From positions 813,603 through 853,605 of the forward strand of contig NW_005434664.1 of assembly GCF_000315625.1 (NCBI RefSeq): 40,003 nt of DNA, in the 5' to 3' direction. The translations under genes and the position numbers were made by a program. This document shows, piece by piece, positions 22,447-31,432 of the stretch. Position 1 is the stretch's first letter. The number at the start of each line of letters is the position of its first letter. This stretch comes from Guillardia theta CCMP2712. Taxonomy: Eukaryota; Protista; Cryptophyta. Under the pieces are notes generated by a model that was given only the letters and a program-made list of their open reading frames with translations, ran no database searches and had not been told where the DNA came from.

Positions 22447-24221
22447 ATGGTGTCTTCGTCGGCGGAACTTCAAGCTATGGAAGAGGAGAGCGAGAATTTA
22501 GCCCACTTTACAGAGCAAGGGGCTCCGAGTTCATCGGATATCATTGATCACGATGATATTCCTGATGCGGAAACAGGAAGCAGTGAGAATTATTTTTTCA
22601 AACGGTACTCGTTGCTCCAAGATAGGCTGATGAAGTTGAAGCTGTCTGTGGAGTCTCATCCCTGGTACATCAAACTTGAGGGCAAGAGAAAATTCCTGGC
22701 GTCGTTCTGGTGGGCGATTCCTCTATGGACTGTCGTTTACCTTGTCATCACATGCGTCATGCTGACATTCCACATGTCACCCAGTCCCATATCCTGCGGC
22801 TCCTGGATCTGGTCTTTGTGGTGCGGAGATAATGGAGAGCTTTGCACTTCGACTCTGCCATGGGGATGGTCGGAAGGGAGATGTGCGAGCAACTGTGCGA
22901 AGCCCGATGTCAACCAGGTGTATGCCTACCGACTCTATGGCTCCGGACCATACGCTGGAAACTCGTTCATCTGTGCGGCAGCAAGACATGCGGGACTGAT
23001 TGGTGCAGATGGTGGAGGAATAAGGTTTCGTCTCGACAAAACGCCTGAAGGACTCACGAAATTCGATGGAGGGACTCAGAATGGTGTGGTCGCGCAACCC
23101 CTTGGGTACTTCCCTGCAGTCCTGGTGGTGGAGAAGGCGGAGGTCTCGTACCATCACAGCATTCGATGGGTCTTCTTCTCCATCCAGTTCCTCATGCTCT
23201 CCTTCTTCCTGCTCCTTGAGCCCTGCAACGACTTCTTCTTCTTCATGGTCTTCCTAGGAGCGTATACTTACACTCAATTCGTCACGCTCAGCCTAAATGC
23301 CAGGTAACCTGTCGCAGCCACTGAAAAGCGGGTATGCTCTGACTGTTTGAGCGCAGCCCTGAGGCAATCGTCGTCACGGCATCCAAGACCATCTGGACTA
23401 GCTTCTTCTTCTTGGGCCTGCCCTATGTAATTCTCTTCAGAAAGCAGGACAAGGGACCCTGGGCTAGAGACGCGGTTGTGCTGCGGTGGATCTGCGTGTT
23501 GGCTCCAGTCTTCTTCATGCAGCACCTGGACGACCTTCTGTCGGTGGTGCCAAACATCACTCTGGGGAGCACAGAGTGGGGTAACGCTTCCTTCTCGGAC
23601 GCTGGAGCAGTTGCCCTCCTGGTCATCGGATTCCTGGTGCTCTTGGTATTGCTCATCAATGCCATCTGGTGTTACTTGCGGGCCGAGGATATCACAAGGA
23701 CAGAGAAGGTGTCTGTCGTCTCGTTTTACGCTGCCTTCGGTGTGATTTTCGGGATATGCATCTCCTACCTCAAGGGCTCCTACGGACCGCACTTCCACCA
23801 CCTTTACGCCGCCATCTTGATATGGCCGCTGTGCCGCAAACCAACGGCCATGGTCACCTTCCTCTTCTCCATCGCTGCTGGAATGTTCCTGGAGGGATAC
23901 TTGTTCTGGGGTCTAGCTCCCTGGTTTGACAACATAGGCTCAGCTGGAGTACGAACGCCTCTGCCTGACATCGTCGTGGGCTCACAGAACATCACCTTCA
24001 AGGCCCCTCGCTCGTTTGACGCAGGCTTCCCATACCTCGCCGTTTACATCAACGACGTCCAGAGACTAACGATGCCCGTCCATCCTATGGTTCCGGACAG
24101 CGCGCTCGAGGTCACGATCTGGAACCTGACTACTTCGTCATCCAATGTTCTTCAGCTTTACTTCATGGGGCCTGGACGTTTCAGCATCCCTTCCTATAGA
24201 TACACATTTGTCACACTGTAA
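22447..24221 (+). CDS. LCCL-domain multi-pass membrane protein (exons 22447-23303, 23357-24221)
   Basis: GRCASNC..LYGSGPYAGNSFICAAARHAGLIGADGG is the LCCL signature. Many TM helices follow, including the motif PHFHHLY. A 53-bp GT-AG intron joins the frames. Confidence 0.88.
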
Positions 24222-24352
24222 ACTTTATTCTTACTAAATTATTCATACTTGACGAAACTAGTATACAATATCTACGGGGAAAATGCTCTCTTGCGTCACT
24301 TGAGGGCAAATCTGACTGAGGTTTTCTGAAGCGTCAACATCTGCCGCCTGTC

Positions 24353-25232
24353 TCACTCTGGCTTGAAACCCTTTGCGATCCAGTAATCTCTTCCATAGTT
24401 GAAGGACAGCTCTTCTCCTGCCTCGATGTCTCTGTTCGCAAAGAGGTTGACGAATCCGCCGGGCTTCCTCGCCACAAACTTGTCTAGGTTAGGATGATCT
24501 GCATGGTTGATGTACCTTGAAAGAGACATGAGCAAAAACACGCATCGCTCAGCAACTTCATCACCTTGCAAAGTTGCTCTTGGAAGCGTCAGAGGCGTCT
24601 ATGTACTCCTCCTCCGTCACTTTCATGATGTATGACGCTGCAACGGCGGTGGGGTCTGCGAAGTACCTCCGGTGAAGCTCGAAGTCATCGATCCTCTCCC
24701 CGAGGTAGCTCATCACGAAGGTCCCCTTGGGGATATGAACCTTGGAGAACAGGCCCAGCCCCTTCCGTCCTGCCTCCCCGATGAAGAAATTGCTGGAGTC
24801 GATGGTTGCTTGATCGGAGGCGCACAGGAATGAGCCCTGATGGATGACGAGGTAGTGCCAGAGGAACCCGGCCGCGATAAGTGTACCGCAGGATACAGCA
24901 AAGGCTCGGTTTTCACTCAGAAGGGCTCCGATCCATATGGACAAGAGCCCATACCTGACCAAGTTCTCCCTTAGCTTCGTCCTCTGTCGTGATTCTTGGA
25001 TGTAACGGATGTCCTCGCTCGTCAGCTCGTTCGGAAGCTGTTGCGACACACGCTCGGGCGCTGGCGCCGCTATGCCGTGGGGCTGCAGGGCACATCGGAT
25101 GGATGTGGGGCCCCGAGAGCTTGGGACGAAAGGCCGAGAGCTCCCTTGCGAGACGAACAAGCTACTGCCACCTGATGTTGAGAAGGATGACGAAAGCGGA
25201 AAGATCATGCACAGGATGAGATATTTTTTCAT
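24353..25232 (-). CDS. SET-domain protein lysine methyltransferase with predicted bipartite plastid-targeting leader and TM hairpin (exons 25232-24565, 24515-24353)
   Basis: SET motifs GRKGLGLFS..IPKGTFVMSYLGE, IDA..SNFAR|YINHADHPN and RDIEAGEELSFNYG; 49-bp intron; N-terminus MKKYLILCMIFPLSSS-FSTSGGSS. Confidence 0.9.
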
Positions 25233-25561
25233 TGTACAATGAGGAGATGTTTGTGCTGCAGAAAACTTCAGTCGAATTTGCCTGTGTATGCATATCATGA
25301 GTTCGTGTTCAGTAGTCTTCAACTTTCTCAACTCATAGCTCAACTTCCGTTCATCATACTGCCGTGCTAATCCAATATATCGTTACCCAAAGTCCATTTC
25401 TGCACTGTATTTTCTTTTACAGCCCTGCAATCCTTCACATACGATGTAACTTGAATCTTTTGCGAAAGAGAGGCCCTTGATCTCTTCCCTTCCTCAACAT
25501 ATAAGTCGCTCTCTTTCTACTCGATTGCTCCGATGTCCACTAGAGTCCATGTCACAGTGTC

Positions 25562-25666
25562 ATCTCGTCTCGTCTCGCTCGTCTCGTCTCATCTCGACTC
25601 GTCTCATCTCGTCTCGTCTCGTCTCGTCTCGTCTCGTCTCGTCTCGTCTCGTCTCGTCTCGTCTCG
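25562..25666. repeat. Pentanucleotide microsatellite TCTCG/TCTCA (reverse complement of the 19785 repeat type)
   Basis: About 20 units. Confidence 0.95.
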
Positions 25667-26227
25667 TTCCAGCTCTCCTCTCCTAACTTCCATTCATCTA
25701 CAACATTCTGCGGCTAATCTTCCTGCTGCCACCTCCTCCCGTCCTCCCGTCCTCCCGTCTCGTCTTGTCGCTTCTTGTCTCCCGTTCTCTCATTTCGTAT
25801 GCAAGGGGGCGGTGGGTAATGATTTCCCCTGGTAGGTGGATGAAGACCACCCCCTCTTGTGTATGATAAATAGGGGGTACTCGCCTGCAAAGGAAGTGGG
25901 GTAACTTGAGAATCAGGGGTAGGGGTCCTTATCTTTTCGGACGCATTTTTTGTACCGCCGTCATGGAATTAAAATACTTGTAGAGAACCCCCGACTACCC
26001 CACCACCACCACCCCACCCATCACATAAACCAGCAACAACCTTACCGTCGGTACTCACTTTCACTACCCTACCCCAAAATTATGAGATGAAAATCTATGA
26101 AAACAACCGGTGGTCAGATGTGCACCAAAACTGTAACCCGACCCCGGGCCCCGGGCCCGGTTCCCGCAGCCCGGGGGGCGGCGGAGTCACTGAGAGTCAC
26201 TCCCGTTGGTAGGCTGCCTGTGGAGCT

Positions 26228-27330
26228 ATGGCGGATCTGGAGAGACGGTTGGCGGAGCTCATGGCCAGGAGGGATGCGGCGTTGGCGGCTGTGGAGCAGG
26301 CGAAGCGAGAGCTGCAGGAGAAGGAGACGGAGACGAACGCGAGGAGACGAGAGCTGCAGGATGCAGAAGAGAAGAAGAAGAACGCGTCTGATGCCGCCGA
26401 TCTCGCCCTGAGGCTGGCGTGCGGGGAGAAGGAGGGGAGCAGCTGGCAGAGTCGCTCAAGAAGCAGGGGTATGGCATCATTGACGGCTTCATGGGCGTCG
26501 ATGTTGCTGAAAGGATAAGAGAGGAGCTACTGCACATGCACCATGTGGGAGAGATGAAGCTAAGCGAGCTCGCGGGGGGGAGGACGGGCGACAACCTGCG
26601 GTACTCCATGGCAGAGGTGAGAGGAGACGTCGTGAGGTTTGTTAACGGCACGGAGAAAGACTGCCAGGGCATCGGCATCCTCCGGGATCTCTCCGACCAG
26701 GTCATCATCCGCGTTCAGGAGAAGCTCCCTGAGCTGGCAGGCGAGGTGATCCAGCGGGGGAACTTGATGTGTACGTGCTACCCAGGAGGAGCGTCCAAGG
26801 CAGCTCCGTGCGGGCGAGGAGGGCCATGCCGGTATGTCCTGCATTGCGACAACCCCGACAAGAACGGCAGGAGGCTGACTGCCCTCTACTATGTCAACAA
26901 GGGGTGGGTGCCGGAGCACGGGGGGCAGCTCAGGATCTATCCTTCAGACGAGACGGGGAGGGCCGTCGGGGATGCTGTTGATGTCGATCCTCTCTTCGAT
27001 CGTTTCCTCCTCTTCTTCTCGGACAAGCGATGCCCTCACGAGGTGATGGACGCTCGGGCTCCTCGATACGCCATCACCACTTGGTATTACTCGGCAGAGG
27101 AGCGGCAGGCGGCATACGAGATAGCAGGGCACGAGCAGGAGATCGAGAGAGAACGCATCCGCAAGGAGATCGAGAAGTTCGAGGCGAAGGGGAGGGAGAG
27201 GGGCAGCAGCTACAAAGCTCCTGCCATGGAGATGGTGCAGGACACTAGCATACCTGGGGTGCTGAGCCAGGAGACGATTGCGAGTAGGAAGAGCATCTCA
27301 CGACTCGATGATCTTGAACTTCTTGATTGA
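26228..27330 (+). CDS. EGLN/PHD-like 2OG-Fe(II) prolyl 4-hydroxylase with N-terminal coiled coil (apparent 1-nt frameshift near 26435)
   Basis: RGD..CYPG..YVLHCDNP..GRRLTALYYVNKGW..GGQLRIY..VDPLFDRFLLFFSDKRCPHEV..RYAITTWY parallels the PHD2 catalytic domain (HxD..H iron ligands, 2OG-binding Arg). The coiled-coil ORF from 26228 overlaps it in another frame. Confidence 0.88.
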
Positions 27331-27574
27331 ATTGTGTGTGATGGGCAAGTAGGAGAGAGCAGACAAGAGGGAGAGAGCAGCATGGTAACTGCTGTCTCTC
27401 CGCGGCTGTTGCTGTGATCACGTGTGAAGGGTTTACTGCTAGACGGCACTGGGAAGCTCGTGACTGGTCGCTACCGTCGGTTTCCGGGCCATGGTCGTGG
27501 ATCCAGCGCAAGTCGACCTGTGCTTACGAGGAGAGGAGGGAGGGAGGAGAGCTGCTGGCTCGTGCCGAGGCGTC

Positions 27575-27733
27575 TTATGAGGAGACTGCCTCCAAGACAG
27601 CCTCACTCACTTCCGGCGTCTGCGAGCGGATCATCAACTTCATCTCCACCACGTTCGAGGCCGAAGTCCTGAATCCACGTCAGGATGGAGTCATTGCGGG
27701 CAACATGGCCCGGAAGTAGGGGCAGGGCAGCAC

Positions 27734-27784
<51 letters not shown>

Positions 27785-30700
27785 CTTCTCACCTTAGATC
27801 TGCACGCACAAGAACCGCCAATTCGCCAAGAAGCACACCAGACAAGAGCAGTCTGTGCTGACGGGCAGCACTGCGTAGAAGGGCAAGTGAGGAGGAGGCA
27901 AGTCAAGGACAAGATCGGCTGACCTCGACACACTCGCGCTGTTCTCGCAGGCATCCATCCCAAGCGTCTCCTGGATCGCAACGACAGCATCCGAGATGGA
28001 CTTGTACTTCTCGAGCCTGAAGACCTGCAGAAGCAGCGAGTGAGCGCGAGGCTGAGGAGGTGAGAGGAGCTCCGTGCCTGAGAGAGGTCGTTGTCTGGCG
28101 TCATGGCCTCCCACGCCGATCGGAAGTCAGGAAGCGACAGAGGCTTCGTGTAGTCTGAAAGACCAACTTCGATCTCGTCCAAAGGATAGTCGTCCTCGTC
28201 CCCATCAGGAGCCACCTGAGGAGCATAATCGTCAGGCAAACAAGGAAAATCATGAGACACCAACCTCTCCACTAGTTGGATCATATTCTTTGCGAACGAA
28301 AGTAAGCTTGCAGTTCTTCAAGAACATGTTTGCCATGGCCTTTGTTCGTCTGATCGCCACATAAGCCATTCCCGGCTGCTCAAACTTGATCGCGTCTGAA
28401 GGGATGCTCGCCACGAACGAGCACCCGGGGCAGTCACTGAGATCGAGCTCAACACACACGTTCTCCAGCTGCTCCTCCTCCATCGTGTTCTTGATGTTGA
28501 AGTGGAAGACGATGTGCTCGGGAAAGACGTGCTTGATGCACGTGACAACATACTCTGCCTCTGATTCGGTAAGGTTGACGGGAGGAGAGCTCGTGAAGAG
28601 AGCTCCGAACCCTGCAAACTCAGGGATCTGGTTGAGCAGGTCAGCATAGATCGTCCCTGTCTCCTGTCGCTTGCTTGCGATGCTGGAGCCAGCATTTGCT
28701 GCGACCTCAGCGACCGCTTGTTGAGGAGTCTTCTTCGCTTCCTTGGTGGGAACGTGAATGGGCATTGTGACAGCCTTGGCAAAATTGAAGGAAGTTGTGA
28801 AGTCAGAGGCTTCGATGTAATCCTCAATTGCCTTCTGCACGCCATCAAGCTTGTGAGGCACCACATCTACGATGTACTTCTTGATCATGGGCTCCGACTC
28901 TGAGGCCAAGATGGTCCCGTAGAAGGTCGATCGGTCTCGCACCTCGTCGTCAGCATCGTGCACACAGCGACGGAGAAGCGTGATGATGTTGCTCCTCAAG
29001 GAGGGAACTTGCGCTCCAAACTTGGCGAGGGAAGTGACAGCAGCCGATCGCACCGTAGCGTTCTCTAGGATGATGCGGTTGTAGATGTGCCTGATGTAAC
29101 GACCTGGATGCGAAGTTTTCGGCCCTCGCTTCCCCAGCACGTGGAGAATCTGCGTGCTCAGGTAGGTAAACTCGCAGTCCTCGATGAACTCACAGAGGTG
29201 CAACAGCCCTGGTTCAACGGCATCAGGAATGTCGTTGATCAAAGCCAGCATCGTGTCAGTGATGGCCTTCTTGAACTCGAAGCCTCCCTCCTCCCTCAAG
29301 ATCGTGCTCAGGAAGTTGATGAGCACCCGATGCTTCTGCGGATACTTCAAGCAGAGAGCACGGATCGCGTCCACCACCATGATCTTGAACTCGTCAGCAA
29401 TCTCAGACATGAAAGACGAGATCTGCTTCATCAATCGGTCGACGGAAGATTCTGACCCTGTCTTGAGCAGCGTTGTGATGGCCAACGTTGCAATCGAGCG
29501 ATTCGAGTCTGAGATCATGTTCTCGAGGTCCAAGTTGCACGAGGTGACCGTCAAAGGGAATGCCATGGCTACTCTGTTGAGAGCCCTTACGGCTGCGAAG
29601 CGCAAAGAGGGTTTCGGCGAAGAGAGGAAGAGCTGGAGGACAGTGATGGCCGGCGTCAACTCCCTTTGACTGACGTTGGGAAGTTGACAGATTGCCCTCG
29701 CCGCTTCAAAAATGACCATCTCACTGCGATACAGCGATCAGCATCTTGGCATCACACATCCAAGCCGATACCTCCTATGCCTCAGACAGTTCTCGAGAAA
29801 CTCGTAGTAGCTGCGATCTTGTGTGTTCCCCTGACGTTGACGATCAGTGTCATGGCACCGCAAGAAGTGCGAGAACTGAGGATACCTCGGCCATCACAGT
29901 TACGGTGTAACGGATGAGCAAGCACTGTTCAGAGAGTCAATGGTACGGAATAGATCAGAGACAAGTAGTTTCCCACCTGCGCTAGTGGTGACTTCAATTG
30001 TGTCTTAGACAGTTGAGCCACAAGTTTTGAAACCTAGATTCAAAATTAAACAGTCGAAGGTGTATTCATCCGTTTACCGCAAGTCGATCAGACTTCTTGA
30101 TATTATAGAGCAGCGAGAGCGCGTGGTATTGCACCATTTGTGAAGATTTGTCATTTGCAGCCTGAATGCTCAAAATGACTATCGGAACTCAAGGAGTCTC
30201 AGTAAATTGCCTGATTGATCTCATTGACCCATCTCTTCACGACGTCTGGGTTGGACTGAAGCACAAACCGGCATCATCTCTGCCCATCAAGTGCATATCC
30301 TGAACAATACCTTCATCAGCTTCATTCCAGCAACGAGGGCTGCAGATGCGACGAGAGGCTGAGAATATGTGTCATGAGAAGTGTGTTTCAAATCATTAAA
30401 AGTCTCTACCTGTTTGTCAACGATCGCCTGTTTGAGATATCTTTCAATGGCCGTAAGCATCGCTGTATCGGTGATGGTGCTGCGCGTACAGAGCACATCA
30501 AAGGACTCAGCGAGTGCCAGCATTGATACTCCTACCACAACACTCGAATCGCATTCGCCCTGAAAAGATCATTCGTCGCATTCATATCCTGTTTTCGGTT
30601 TGAATATCGGTGCAATTATCATCAATATTCCATAACCTTGGTCAAGGTTGAAGTAACAATAATCACACAATCCGAATCCGGCTGAAAGAAAAAGCATGTC

Positions 30701-31432
30701 AGGAAATCGATAGCCCCGCTCGATAACCAACAGACGATGCTCATTACCTTCAGCTCTTTGATGACCAAGTACATCATACGCCGAAGCTTTTCGTCCTTGG
30801 ATTGAAACAATTTCGTCATCGGAAAGAAAATGCTTTCTGTGCTTTCCTGTTCATCATGGTCAGAGCTGAAAGTGAATAACATAGTAATGCCTTTGAGCTG
30901 AAGTTTTCTCCCTTTCCAAGTAAGTACAACAGCTTTGTCATGAGCTGAATACATCTCGCTGGCTCCACATTCGGGTCGTTAAACATTCGAGCCTCCTGAA
31001 TAACATGCGCCTTGTCCACCCCGCGGAAGGGCCTTTCGTACCCGAGACCTGTGTTTGCAAGAAAGTTGTCACTGACCATGTCAACTCAAACACAGACAAA
31101 TCTGAATGTGGTGTGGTTTGCTTTGGGTAGAGCTGGATACTGTCCCGGTTCAGGACAGTATCCAATGAGGTCTCTACCCATAGCAAGAGAAAGGGGTGAT
31201 CTGTTGAAAGCTGGACATACCCATTTCATCTGCACATTCAACCCACTTTGTGTCAGATCATAATACTAACTAACCAAACTAGGGGGACGAGGACAATAAC
31301 AATCTTTTGCTGGAGAAAGGGAAGGGTAAATTGCAACCAATCCCTCATCCTTTCGTTTGTTGTGGAGTGAATAGCAGAGTGATCGGGATCAACACCTTCA
31401 TCGTCGTCCTTCTTCTCGGATGGGAAGCTCAT
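27575..31432 (-). CDS. COPG: Coatomer subunit gamma (multi-exon)
   Basis: KKDDDE..PFRGVDKAHVIQEARMFND, FFPMTKLFQSKD, FRANAIRVLCTITD, EMVIFEAARAIC, HLCEFIEDCEF, IYNRIILENATVRSAAV, LTESEAEYVVTCIKHVF, ending ..HRLLLSGV..VEMKLMIRSQTPEVSEAVLEAVSS* (TAA 27577-27575). Confidence 0.97.
27735..27784. repeat. (GAT)n microsatellite in the last COPG intron
   Basis: About 16 GAT units. Confidence 0.95.
31103..31240 (-). ncRNA. Candidate structured intronic RNA (long hairpin / three-way junction) in COPG intron 1
   Basis: 26-bp interrupted hairpin at 31118-31186, flanking 8-bp inverted repeat TGAATGTG/CACATTCA and a second weaker stem. The class is unknown. Confidence 0.4.

Noticed and set aside
19785-25666. 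Inverted pair of GAGAC/GAGAT and TCTCG/TCTCA arrays as TIRs of a 5.8-kb element
   Set aside because: Simple microsatellites with no unique terminal sequence, TSD or transposase. The enclosed genes (RPA3, LCCL, SET) are ordinary host genes.
27734-27922. Poly-Met, poly-Glu, RS, GR and CS repeat 'proteins' here and at 1730, 6004, 22217, 36598, 37041
   Set aside because: Translations of intronic or intergenic microsatellites.
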